Assembly: GCA_963827475.1 (NCBI GenBank)
Contig: CAWHAZ010000004.1
Span: 96,001 to 160,000 of the forward strand
DNA from: an uncultured Chloroflexia bacterium
Lineage (GTDB): Bacteria > Chloroflexota > Limnocylindria > QHBO01
Reading direction: 5' to 3'
Length of the DNA stretch: 64,000 nucleotides
Shown here: in pieces, positions 41,764-52,300 of the stretch
Position numbering within the stretch: position 1 is the stretch's first letter
How the letters are laid out: the number at the start of each line of letters is the position of its first letter
Translations under genes and position numbers: made by a program
Notes under the pieces: generated by a model
What the model saw: the letters and a program-made list of their open reading frames with translations, nothing else
Database searches by the model: none
Told to the model about the DNA's origin: nothing

Positions 41764-42527
41764 CCAACCGTCAACCGACTCGGACAGGTGGTCCGCGCAG
41801 CGGAGCGCGCGGGATGGCCGACCTGCACCTCCACACCCTCTACTCCGACGGCACCGCCCGCCTGGCCGACCTGATGGGCTGGATCGAGCAGCGCACCGAG
41901 CTGGACCTGGTGGCCATCACCGACCACGACCGGATCGATGGGGCGCTCCGCGCGGTGGCGATGCACGACGCAGGCGACTACCACTTCGAGCTGGTCGTCG
42001 GGGAGGAGATCACCACCCGGCGCGGTCACGTCGTCGGCCTGTTCCTCAGCGACCCGATCCCGCCCTTCCGGTCGGTGGCCGAGACGGTGGAGCGCATCCA
42101 CGACCAGGGCGGGCTGGCGGTGGCCGCCCACCCGTTGGGGGTGTTCCTCTCCCTGGGCAGCGGCAGCCTGCGCCGGCTCCAGGCCGATCCACGCCCGGAA
42201 CGCCACCTGGACGCGGTCGAGATCATCAACCCCAGCCTCGGCGGCCGCCTGCGGCATCGCGCGCTCGAGGCGCTGAACGCCGACGAGCTCCACCTGCCGG
42301 GCCTTGGCTCATCGGATGCCCACGTCCTCGAGACGGTGGCCAGTGCCTGGACCTGGTTCCCCGGCTCGACCGCGGCCGAGTTTCGCGCCGCGCTCGCCTC
42401 GGGGTCGGTGGAGGCGGCCGGGAGCCACTGGAGCACCGGTCACAACGTGGCGGTCTACGGCCGTCAGTTGGTGGCCAAGGCCCAAAAGCTGCGCCATACT
42501 CTCCGCCCGTCCGGAGAGTGGCGATAA
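41760..42527 (+). CDS. PHP-domain metal-dependent phosphoesterase
   Basis: DLHLHTLYSDG, AITDHD, GEEIT..GH, AHP, GSSDAH; ATGA-coupled. Confidence 0.88.
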   Translation: MTNRQPTRTGGPRSGARGMADLHLHTLYSDGTARLADLMGWIEQRTELDLVAITDHDRIDGALRAVAMHDAGDYHFELVVGEEITTRRGHVVGLFLSDPIPPFRSVAETVERIHDQGGLAVAAHPLGVFLSLGSGSLRRLQADPRPERHLDAVEIINPSLGGRLRHRALEALNADELHLPGLGSSDAHVLETVASAWTWFPGSTAAEFRAALASGSVEAAGSHWSTGHNVAVYGRQLVAKAQKLRHTLRPSGEWR

Positions 42528-42530
42528 ACC

Positions 42531-43722
42531 GTGATTGACGCCCCAGGGGCCGCGCGCCTCGACGTCCCCCTGGCATCCACCGGCCCGTCCGCGGCGCGTC
42601 CGCCGCTGAAGATCGGGATCGTGAGCCCGTACGGCTTCCCCCATCCGGGTGGCGTGAACGAGCACGTGCGCCACACCTACGAGGAGCTCCGCTCACTGGG
42701 CCACGACGCGTGGATCATCACCCCCAAGTACGGCAACGAGCGCGACAGCGAGGGCCACGTCATCCGGATCGGGACCGGATGGGCGGTGCCCAGCAACGGC
42801 AGCGTGGGTCGGCTGACCGTCGGCTGGCGGCTCCGACCCCGGCTTCGGGACCTGCTCGCCGCGCATCGGTTCGACGTCCTCCACTTCCACGAGCCGTTCG
42901 TCCCGTTCCTGGGACCGGCGGTGCTCAACACCTCGGACACGGTCAATGTCGCCACGTTCCACGCGTTCGGGGGGTTCTCGCCGTCGTACTGGCTCGGTCG
43001 CCGGGCCGCGGCCGGGCTGGCGGAGCGGCTCCACGGGCGGATCGCGGTCAGCGGCGCCGCTCGACACTTCATCTCGCGCTACTTTCCCGCGGATTACCGG
43101 ATCATCCCCAACGGGGTCGAGATCGAGCCCTTCGCCAGCGCCCAGCCGTTCGACGAGCTGCGTGATGGCACCCTGAACATCCTGTTCGTCGGCCGCCTCG
43201 AGGACCGCAAGGGCCTGTCCTACCTGCTCCGCGGCTACCACCGCCTCCGAAAGCGGCATGTCGACGCCCGGCTCATCGTGGTCGGCGCCGGCCCGCCGCC
43301 TGCGCGAGTACCGCCGATACGTAGCCACCCGCCGGATCCGCGACGTCGAGTTCGTGGGTCACGTCCCGCTCGAGGCCAAGCTCCGCTACTTCGCCAGCGC
43401 TGACGTGTTCTGCGCCCCGTCCACCGGCCAGGAGAGCTTCGGCATCGTCCTGCTGGAGGCGATGGCCGCCGGCCTGCCGATCGTGGCTTCGGACATCCAC
43501 GGCTACAAGAACGTCGTCTCCCGCGACGTCGAGGGCTACCTCGTCGAACCAAAGAACCCGCGCGCCATCGCCGCGGCCCTCTACAAGCTGGCCGGCGACC
43601 CCGAGCTCCGCCACCGAATGGGCGAGGCCGGGCGAGCCAAAGCGGCCGACTACTCGTGGGAGCGGGTCACCGAGCAGGTCGTCGCCTATTACCACGAGGT
43701 CCGCGACCGGATCCTCGTCTGA
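42531..43722 (+). CDS. pimA: GT4 glycosyltransferase, PimA-like phosphatidylinositol alpha-mannosyltransferase (frameshift near 43292)
   Basis: IGIVSPY..PGGV..H, NGSV, FDVLHFHEP, VATFH, RIAVS, IPNG, FVGR..RKG, then in the shifted frame QESFGIVLLEAMAAG. Confidence 0.78.
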
Positions 43723-43762
43723 CCAGCTCCAGACCGATGCCGCCGCATCCGCGGCGGATGGC

Positions 43763-44782
43763 TCAGCCGTCGAACGGCTTGCGGTACGCCCGCTCCCGCA
43801 GGTGGACGACGAATCCGTTGTCGGTGTACACGCCCAGGGCGCCGGTCGGGTTGTCGGCGTCCACGAAGAGGACCGCATCGGTCATGCCCCGATCGCGGAA
43901 CGCGACCAGGCTCTGCGACACCAGCGCTCGCGCCAGGCCCCGCCCGCGCCAGGGCCGGCGGACGGACACGCCGGCCAGCAGCCCGCGACGGGCGCCCGTC
44001 TGCTCGTTGTACTCCCGCATCACCATGTTGTTGACCTGCCCGGCGACCTGGTCACCGTCCCACGCGACCCGCCACAGCTCCGGCGCGAAGTCCGGGCCGC
44101 TGAAGAACCGCTCGAACGCCTGGTCTGAGGCGTCCATCCCGCCCCAGTGGTCCACGAACGCCTCCGTGTCGGCCGCCCAGATGGCTCGGTGGTGCTCCGG
44201 CCGCACGGGCCGGACCTCCAAGCCCGCGGGCAGCGGGAACTCGGCGACGTCGTCCAGGTTGGGCCGGAGCATTTCGAAGAAGTAGCGGGCGATGCGGAAG
44301 CCCTCCGACTCGAGGAGGGCAATGGCCCCGACCTGCGTATCCGCACACCACGAGTCATACCGCCGCTCGGTTCCGGCCGGGATCTCCTGGCCGGAGGCGA
44401 TCTCGCGCAGCCGCCGCCGGTTGGCATGCAAAATCGCTCGGCCCAGCCCGCGCCGCCGCCACTCCGGATGGATCGCGCCCCACGTGAAGTAGTTGCGGCC
44501 CCCGTCGTTGTCATCGATCCAGTGGACCTTGCCGTAGGCGACCAGGTCGTCGTCCACCTCGGCCAGGAGCACGTCCTCCAGCGGGTTCCACGTGGACGCG
44601 TGGGCGTACCACTCCGCAAGGCCCGCCGCGTCGGACCGGTCGTGGATGTCGTCCGCCTCGTTTACCGCGTTGAACAGGCTGGCGATCGCCTCCAGGTCGT
44701 CGGGCAGGCGCATCCGCCGGAACGCGAGCCCCGGTATCGGGGGCGCCTCCGGCACGTCGACCCGCACCTCGGACATCGTCAT
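43763..44782 (-). CDS. tandem GNAT acetyltransferase (MshD-like architecture) B
   Basis: HPEWRRRGLG, AFVDHWG, VRRPWRGRGLARAL, VDADNPTGALGVY..NGF. Confidence 0.88.
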   Translation of the reverse strand: MTMSEVRVDVPEAPPIPGLAFRRMRLPDDLEAIASLFNAVNEADDIHDRSDAAGLAEWYAHASTWNPLEDVLLAEVDDDLVAYGKVHWIDDNDGGRNYFTWGAIHPEWRRRGLGRAILHANRRRLREIASGQEIPAGTERRYDSWCADTQVGAIALLESEGFRIARYFFEMLRPNLDDVAEFPLPAGLEVRPVRPEHHRAIWAADTEAFVDHWGGMDASDQAFERFFSGPDFAPELWRVAWDGDQVAGQVNNMVMREYNEQTGARRGLLAGVSVRRPWRGRGLARALVSQSLVAFRDRGMTDAVLFVDADNPTGALGVYTDNGFVVHLRERAYRKPFDG

Positions 44783-45786
44783 CGGTCCACCTCGAGAGGA
44801 CGGCGATAGGCGGTGAACTTCTGGGTCACGACGAAGCCGTTGTCGGTGTAGACCCCGAGCGCTCCGGTCTCGTTGTCCGCGTCCACGCCGAGGACACCCT
44901 CCTTCATGCCCCGCTCCTTGAGGACGACCAGGCTGCGGGCCACGAGGGCACGTGCCAGGCCACGGCGCCGCCACGGGCGGCGAGTGAACACCGAGTCCAG
45001 CCAGCCGTGCATGACGCCGAGCTTCTCGTTGGCCTCGTGGTAGATGGCGTTGATCGAGGCCCCCGCGATCTCGTCGCCGTCGAAGGCGACGACGTGGAGC
45101 GACGGGTCGAAGTCGGCGTCCTCGATCCACTTCTGGAATGCGGCTTCGGAGCTGTCGATTCCGCCCCAGTGGTCGAGGAACGCCTCGTTGTCGGCGACGA
45201 ACAGCCGACGGGCATCATCCAGGGTCACCGGCCGAACCTCGATCCCCTCGGGCAGCAGCGGCAGCTCGATCGGCTGGCTCAGGTCGCGGTTCATGGTGAA
45301 GAACCACCGCGCCGGGGCGTAGCCGTGCTGGGTGTACAGCGCATCCGCACCGGCATCGGCCGCCGCAGCCCAGCAGCCGGCCATCCTGGGCCGGTCGACG
45401 TCGTGGCTGGCCGTGAGCTCGTCGATCCGCTGCCGGGCGAACGCGAACAGGGTCGACCCCACCCGGCGGCGACGCCAGGTCGGATCCACCTCGCACCACG
45501 ATCGGTACTCCCGCAGGCCGTCGTTGGTGTCGATCCACTCGACCTTGCAGAAGCCGACCATGGTGCCGTCGACCTCCGCCACCCGCATGTCGGTTGCGGG
45601 GTCGGACTTTTCCTCGGGGCGCAACTCGAGGCCCATCTGCTGCTCGGTCATCCGCTCCTGGATCTGGTCCGCGGCGAAGGCCGCGTTCGCGATCCGGGTC
45701 AGCTCCGGAATGTCGGCGTCGCCCGCGAACGGGCGCAGCTGGATGCGCAGCGCCGCCGTGTCGGTCACATCGGTCACATCGGTCAT
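44779..45786 (-). CDS. tandem GNAT acetyltransferase (MshD-like architecture) A, paralog of the neighbour
   Basis: VDPTWRRRRVG, AFLDHWG, RRPWRRRGLARAL, VDADNETGALGVY. Confidence 0.88.
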   Translation of the reverse strand: MTDVTDVTDTAALRIQLRPFAGDADIPELTRIANAAFAADQIQERMTEQQMGLELRPEEKSDPATDMRVAEVDGTMVGFCKVEWIDTNDGLREYRSWCEVDPTWRRRRVGSTLFAFARQRIDELTASHDVDRPRMAGCWAAAADAGADALYTQHGYAPARWFFTMNRDLSQPIELPLLPEGIEVRPVTLDDARRLFVADNEAFLDHWGGIDSSEAAFQKWIEDADFDPSLHVVAFDGDEIAGASINAIYHEANEKLGVMHGWLDSVFTRRPWRRRGLARALVARSLVVLKERGMKEGVLGVDADNETGALGVYTDNGFVVTQKFTAYRRPLEVDR

Positions 45787-45787
45787 G

Positions 45788-46588
45788 TCAGCCCACCCTC
45801 TTCAACCGGCCGGTCCGCTTGGCGTACCGCTCGGCCCGCCCGAAGGCCCACAGGCCCAGGGGGATGAAGACCACGGCCATCACCAGCAGCGGCCACACGT
45901 CGTGGAGCAACTCGTCAAGGCCAACGCCGTCGATCAGCCCGGCCCGCACGCCGTCGAGGACGTAGGTCGCCGGCGAGAACTGGCTGATGAACTGCATCCA
46001 TTCGGGCAGGACCTCGATGCTGTAGTAGACCCCGCTCACGAGGAGAAGGACCGACTGCAGGACGAAGACCATCTGCGCCCCGCGCTCGACGTACATCAGC
46101 GGCAGGACCGATGCTGCGATCCCGATCCCGATGAAGCTGATCGTGCCCAGCAGGGTGAAGGCGACCACCGTCGCCCAGTTCGCCTGTGTCAGGTCGAGCT
46201 CGAAGAACAGGGCGAGCGCCAACAGGACGAACACGGTATGCACCAGCCCGAAGATCACCGCATAGAACGCCGCGCCGAGCAGCTGGGCATGGCGCCGGAT
46301 GGGCGCCATGAAGGTGTACTCCAGCGTGCCCTCCCAGCGCTCCCACTGGACCGCCTCGGCGATGAACTCGAACACGATCGCCAGGTAGCTCCAGAAGATC
46401 GTCCCGATGACCAGCACCAGGAGCAGGCGCTCGTCGCCCAGGCTCTCGCCGATCAGGGTCACGGCCAGGGCGCCGGCCACGGAGTAGACGAGCCAGGCGA
46501 CTTCCCAGCCCCAGTAGCGCTTGGTCAGGTTGAAGTTGCGCTCGACGAAGGCCATCGAGGCCTTCAGGTCGCGCGTCAGCATGGCCAT
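45788..46588 (-). CDS. ABC-2 type exporter permease
   Basis: WERWEGTLEYTFMAP, LVSGVYY..VLPEWMQ..SPATY. Confidence 0.9.
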   Translation of the reverse strand: MAMLTRDLKASMAFVERNFNLTKRYWGWEVAWLVYSVAGALAVTLIGESLGDERLLLVLVIGTIFWSYLAIVFEFIAEAVQWERWEGTLEYTFMAPIRRHAQLLGAAFYAVIFGLVHTVFVLLALALFFELDLTQANWATVVAFTLLGTISFIGIGIAASVLPLMYVERGAQMVFVLQSVLLLVSGVYYSIEVLPEWMQFISQFSPATYVLDGVRAGLIDGVGLDELLHDVWPLLVMAVVFIPLGLWAFGRAERYAKRTGRLKRVG

Positions 46589-46592
46589 CGGT

Positions 46593-47519
46593 CTAGTCCT
46601 CCTCGTCCTCGGACTCGTCCTCGACGTCGTCGTCGAGCGAGCGACCGGTGAACGTCATGAACACGTTGTGCATCGTCGGCTCCTGCCCGTGATCGGTCGC
46701 GACGAGGGCCTTCAACCGCTCCGGGGTGTCCTCGGCCACGATCCGCCCTTCGTTCAGGATCCCGATCCGCCGGCAGAGGCGCTCGGCCTCGTCCATGTCG
46801 TGGGTCGTCAGCACGATCGTCGCGTCGTGGGTGTCGCGGAGCTGCTCGACGAAGCTCTGGACCTCGAGCTTGGAGCGGGGGTCCAGCCCGGTCGTTGGCT
46901 CGTCCATGAGCAGCAGGATCGGGCTGGTCAGCAGGGCGCGCGCAATGGCCACCTTCTGCTGCATGCCGCGGCTGAGCTGCTCGACCGGCCGTCCCAGGCG
47001 CTTCTCGGCAATCCCGAGCCGCGAAAGGATGCGAATGGACTCAGCTTTCGCCGCCTTCGCGTCCATGCCGTACAGGCGAGCGGCGTAGGCCAGGTTCTCG
47101 AACGGGCTGAGCTTCTTGAAGAAGGCCGCGTCGACGCTGACCCGGTTGATCATCCGCTTGACGGCCATCTCGTCGCGCTCGATGTCCTTGCCGAAGACCT
47201 CGACCCGGCCGGTGTCCAGCGTCAGCAGCGTCGAGAAGAGCCGAATGAGCGTGGACTTTCCGCTCCCGTTCGCGCCCAGCACGCCGTAGATCTCGCCGCG
47301 CTCGATGCGCAGCGAGACGTCGTTGATCGCCATCACCGGTCGCTTCTTGCGCCCGACCTGGAACCGCTTCGTGACGTGCTCGGCGAGCAGGGCCGGGATG
47401 ACCGGCTGGCGCTCGAGCTCGCGGGTGGGCTCGGGCACGACGACCTGCGGCTCCTCCACCGTGGCGGGGCGCTCGTCGGTCATCGTCTTCGACTGGGGTT
47501 CGAGTCCGGTCTGCATCAC
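46593..47519 (-). CDS. ABC exporter ATP-binding protein
   Basis: GANGSGKST, LSRGMQQK, LLMDEPTTGLDP, TTHDM. Confidence 0.93.
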   Translation of the reverse strand: MMQTGLEPQSKTMTDERPATVEEPQVVVPEPTRELERQPVIPALLAEHVTKRFQVGRKKRPVMAINDVSLRIERGEIYGVLGANGSGKSTLIRLFSTLLTLDTGRVEVFGKDIERDEMAVKRMINRVSVDAAFFKKLSPFENLAYAARLYGMDAKAAKAESIRILSRLGIAEKRLGRPVEQLSRGMQQKVAIARALLTSPILLLMDEPTTGLDPRSKLEVQSFVEQLRDTHDATIVLTTHDMDEAERLCRRIGILNEGRIVAEDTPERLKALVATDHGQEPTMHNVFMTFTGRSLDDDVEDESEDEED

Positions 47520-47570
47520 AGGTTCCTGTCTGGGTACCGATGGTCTCTGTCGACCGATGCGGACCGGGCA

Positions 47571-47605
47571 ACAAAAGAGCCGTGGTCCGGATCGGTCCCA
47601 CGGCT
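47571..47605 (-). terminator. intrinsic terminator (attenuator) in the ABC operon leader
   Basis: Minus strand AGCCGTGG-loop-CCACGGCT followed by CTTTTGT, about 50 nt upstream of the ATPase start. Confidence 0.7.
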
Positions 47606-47634
47606 TGGGTCTGGTCGGCGGTTGCCCGCCGGAA

Positions 47635-47697
47635 TCAGCTGGTCGTGGGCATAGATCTCCCGTCGTTTCGCGGGTCGTTGAGCACGGTGCGAATCAT
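47635..47697 (-). CDS. putative leader peptide MIRTVLNDPRNDGRSMPTTS
   Basis: GAGGAG SD 10 nt upstream; the ORF ends about 30 nt before the attenuator hairpin. Confidence 0.5.
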   Translation of the reverse strand: MIRTVLNDPRNDGRSMPTTS

Positions 47698-47905
47698 GAG
47701 GAAACGGCTCCTCGTTGCGAACGGGAATGATGGCAGGTGGCGGCTACACCCGGCGCTGTGAACGCCCGCGGAGTCTACGGGCGCAGCGTCCCCGCGTGTC
47801 AATCAAATCTGCTGATTGGCCCTGCGCGCCCTGCCGGATGGCTCTGGCTCGATGCGTCGGACCGATGCCAGAATGGGACTCAAGTCTCGGAGGGAGCCGG
47901 AATCC

Positions 47906-48875
47906 ATGAGACCCGTATCGCGCGGGGCCGTCTTCTGGGGCACCGCGCTCGTCACCGCCGGTGTCGTCGTGCTCGCCATCCAGCAGGGCTGGATCAGCCA
48001 GGACATCCTCAGCCAGGCGGTTCAATGGTGGCCGCTGTTCCTCATCGGCGCCGGGGTCGCGATCATCTTCGCCGGAGCCCTGGGCGTGGTCGCGACCGCC
48101 CTGGCCGGAGTGCTGCTCGGCCTCCTCGTCGGCGGCTTCATCGGCGGCGGAGCGACGCTCCCCACCTCGTGCGGCACCGGGGAGCCGGCCGCGCTCGAGG
48201 CCTACGAGGACGGGACACTCGCAAGCGGGGCGGAGGTGGACATCGACCTGAACTGCGTGACCCTCGAGGTCTCGGCCGGGGACGGCCAGGTCTTTACCGT
48301 CAGCGCCGACGAGGAGACGGCGAGCCAGCTCGACGTCTCCGCCGATCCCGATCGACTCGAGGTCTCGTCCGATGACACGGTCATCATCGGTTCCGACCAT
48401 CGCCTCCACGTCGGCGTGGTCGTGCCGGGTGACGAGGGCACCAGCCTGTCCAGCAGCCTCAACGCCGGCGACGCGACGTTCGACCTGGCCGATGGGCGGT
48501 GGGGCGAGATCAGCCTGTCGGGCAACGCGGTCGCCATCCGCGTCGACCTGTCGGGTGCCGAGGCGGACGGGGTTTCCGGGTCGATGAACGCGGGAGCGAT
48601 GGAGGTCGTGCTCGACGCGGACAGCGCTCCGGGCTCGATCAGCCTGAGCGGGAACGCGGCCTCGTTCGAGGTCTGCGCGTCGGACGAGATCGGCCTCGCA
48701 GATCACCGTCGGCGAGAACGTGGCCACCGGCCACAACCTCGAGGAGGCCGGGCTGAGCGAGGATGGTGGCGTGTGGCAGACGGCCGGCTACGACTCCGCG
48801 GACACGCAGATCGAGATCACGTTCAGTGGCAATGCCGCGTCCTTCAACCTCAACCCTGACGGAGGCTGCTCGTGA
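47906..48875 (+). CDS. LiaF/DUF4097-like membrane protein with extracellular beta-repeat domain (frameshift near 48700)
   Basis: WWPLFLIGAG TM motif; repeated LNAG/SGNA beta units; C-terminus in a shifted frame, GTGA-coupled to pspC. Confidence 0.65.
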
Positions 48876-49384
48876 ACCGGCCGCTGTACCGGTCCGTCGC
48901 CGACCGGAAGATCGGCGGCGTGGCGGCGGGGACGGCCGCCTACTTCGACATCGACCCGTCCATTTCCCGCGTCCTGTGGCTGCTGCTGGCGATCTTCACC
49001 GGCGGGATTTTCGTGATCGTGTACATCGTGATGTGGGCCATCGTGCCCGAGGAGCCATGGCAGCCAGCAGTGGCTGCACCGGCGGAGGCGGCGAGTGCTC
49101 CGGCAGCCGACAGCGCGGGGGAAGTCGATGGAGCCGACGCTTCGGCGACAGGTGATGAGACGACGGTCGCGCCAGCGGCGGCCAGCTCGACGTGGTCGCC
49201 GTCAGTCGAGGTCTCGAGGGGGCCGGGGCCCCATGTCATCTTCGGGGCCATCCTGATCGTCATCGGCGGCTGGTTCCTCGCCCAGCAGTTCCTCCCCTGG
49301 CTCAACTTCGGGACCCTCTGGCCCATCGGTCTGGTCGTCATCGGCGCGATCATCCTGGTCAGTGCCCTCCGCCGCGGGGGCTGA
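48872..49384 (+). CDS. pspC: PspC-domain membrane protein
   Basis: LYRSVADRKIGGVAAG..YFDIDPSISR..YIVMWAIVPE; C-terminal LWPIGLVVIG TM pair. Confidence 0.88.
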   Translation: MNRPLYRSVADRKIGGVAAGTAAYFDIDPSISRVLWLLLAIFTGGIFVIVYIVMWAIVPEEPWQPAVAAPAEAASAPAADSAGEVDGADASATGDETTVAPAAASSTWSPSVEVSRGPGPHVIFGAILIVIGGWFLAQQFLPWLNFGTLWPIGLVVIGAIILVSALRRGG

Positions 49385-52300
49385 CCCACCGAAGCGCTCG
49401 GGCCAGCGGCTCTGGAGCAGGTCGCGGCCGAACGACGCGAACGAGGCGGCTCCGAGCGACACGAAGGTGGCCAGCGCCAGGACGAGCGGGTTGGAGCTGA
49501 TGAGCGGCGGCCGCTCCCCCTGGGGCGGGTTCGGGAACTGGAATGCGTAGTTCCACGGCGGGAGGGTCCGCGCCGCGTTGATGTACCAGTCCGGCATCGC
49601 CAGCGCGGAGTTCAGCGGGTAGATGAGCAGCCCGGTGATCGCGACCGCGACCAGGAACGCGATGCCGTAGTCGCGCAGGTACCGGTCGCGCAGGATCTCG
49701 TCGAGCACGTAGGCGATGGCCACGAACCCGAACAGCACCGCGGTCAGGTAGTGGTACTGGAAGGTCGCCCGCTCGACGCGCGCCCACGGCACGAACTGGA
49801 AGGCGAAGGCCGCCGCGACCAGCAGCAGCGCCCACGAGCGGCGGCGCCAGGCGAGGAGCAGGCAGGCGAAGACGGCCGGGACGCTGGCCCAGAACAGGGC
49901 CGGGTTGCCGCCGTTGTACGTCACCGCGACCCGGTTCAGGTCGAAGGAGTGGCTGTAGAACCAGACCGGCTTGAGGTCGAGCGGCCAGCTCCACCACGGC
50001 GAGGACGCGACGTGGCCGGCCTGCAGCCCGAAGTGGTAGCCGAACATCTGGGCGTGGAGCTCGTCGAGCGACCACCCGTAACCCACCCCGCCGTTCGGGA
50101 TGGCGATCGTGTGACCGATGTTCAGCCACGGGATGTAGGTCGCCACGTACACCGCGAGCGGGATGACCACCAGGCACGCGAAGATCCACGGCCAGGCGAA
50201 GCCGCCCATCTCCGAGGGCATGTACCACCGGGAATCTGACGCGGGGCGTCGGAGGCTGCGGACCGCGCGCAGCACGAGCAGGACGGCGGTGATGACCAGG
50301 GCGATGACGGCCGGCCACCACGCCTCGATCCCCCGGAACAGGATGCCGAAACCCAGCTCGACGAGGTTCCGCGGCTCGCGACAGCCGCCCTCCCCGCAGT
50401 CGAGGGTCTGGAAGCCGATGGCAAAGGCCAGCCCGATGGCGCCGACCACCAGCAGCGTCGCCGGCACAGCCCACAGCTCCGCCGGCTCGAGGCGAACCGG
50501 CTTGACCCAGGCCACGGCCACGGCCAGGGCCAGGGCCGCGATCATGATCACGAAGAACGGCCATGGGGCCTCGAAGCCGATGGCGAAGGTCGCGAAGCCG
50601 GTCGCGGCCACGACCAGGAATCGGCCGAGCTGCGAGCGCAGGAGGACGAGGAACCACAGGCCGATGAGCGCGTACCAGCCGACCCACTTCGATCCTGCGG
50701 CGAGGCCGATCATCACCCCGACAAGGGGCAGGATGAACCACGCGCTGCGTCGCCAGCGGCCACCCCAGATCGGCCAGAACAGGGCGTAGCCGGCCACGAT
50801 GAACACCGCGACGAAGATGTCGTTCATCGCGATCCGGCTCATGGCGAAGCTCATCAGGTCGATGGCCACGAACACGCCGGCGAGGATCGCGATCGATCGG
50901 CGATGGAACAGCAGGGCCGTCAGCAGGTAGACGAGCCCGGCCAGTAGGGCCCCGAAGACGGTGGCTGCGAAACGCCAGGCGAAGGCGTTCTGGCTGACGT
51001 CGATCCGGACCAGCTCGGGTGGGTCGGCCTCGGTGGCGACGATGAGCCGCCCATGATCATCGGACTGGGAGTAGTCGCTGATGTCGAAGCCCATGACCGT
51101 GGGCACTCCGCTGATCACGACCTGGTCATAGACCCCGAAGCCGGACCGGCCGTCGCCGTGCGGCTCGATGACCCACACCGCGCCTTCGCCGGCGACGTGG
51201 ACCAGGTTCGCGACCGAGTCCCAGCCGAGGGCGGTGGCCGGGCCGGGGAGCGGAATGGTGTCGTCGGGGGTGATCTCGCCGCCACGGAGGACGGTGATCC
51301 CGCCGGTGGTCGCGGGGTGCTCGTCGGTTTCGGCCAGCGGCCCAACCGGTACCCAGGTCAGCTGGCTGGTTCCGCGTCCGCTGGTCATCATCGGGCCCAG
51401 CGGCGTGGACGGCAGGGACTCGCTGCTCTCGGTGGCCAGGGTCGTGGCGTCCAGGGTCTGGACCGTGGCCGCATCGACGTCGAGGACGAGGACTCGCGCG
51501 GTCACCGGCGTGTCGCCACCCACCGCCACGACGTAGGAGATGGCGTCCGCGACGATCTCGCGGCGGACGAGCTCGACGCCGGTGACGCGCTCGAAGACGG
51601 CCACCTCGTCCGGCCCGCGGACGACCAGCACCGGCTCGTTGAGCGGGGCGACGATCTCTTGGACCCCGTCCATGCCGGTCCCGATCCCCACCCCCTCGGG
51701 AGGCGGGGCCCGCGGACCTTCGCGGGTCAGGAAAGCGGTGAGGTCAAACGTGGCGATCGTGCCGTCCGCGCGGAGCCCCACCAGCAGGCGGCGGGTGTCG
51801 GCATCGAACACGAGGGTCGTCACCCGGTCCGCGGCCTCCCAGTCGGCCAGGAGCACACCGCTGGCCGCGTCACGGGCCTCGATCCGTTCGCTCCCGTCGG
51901 AGGTGAACACGATCGAGGTCGGCCAGCCAAGTGAGGTGCGTTGCGGAGCCACCGCGAGAGACGTAGCCGTCGCGTCCAGCTCAATCGTGCCGTCGGGTCG
52001 GTTGGGGTCAGCCACCGCGATCCCGGCCGCGATCAGGTACTTCGCGAGCATCGGGTGCGTCCACTCGTACGGGTCGCGGTTCCAGCCCCACTGCCAGTCG
52101 GACAGGTAGTCGGCGGCCGTCCGAGCGTGATAGACCTCGTCGAAGATCATCTGCCGCGGCAGGTCCAGCCGCCACAGGCGGACCACCAGCGCCAACAGCA
52201 CGATTCCGACCACCAGCCCGAGGTCCAGCCAGTCGAGCCGTCGCGGCGGCGCACGCTCCGCCTCGCTGATCGGGTCCTGCCGCAGCCAGCGCCACCCGGC

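Noticed and set aside
43740-43757. Hairpin CCGCCGC/GCGGCGG between convergent pimA and GNAT genes
   Set aside because: Plausible bidirectional terminator, but it has no U-tract and such stems arise often by chance at this GC content.
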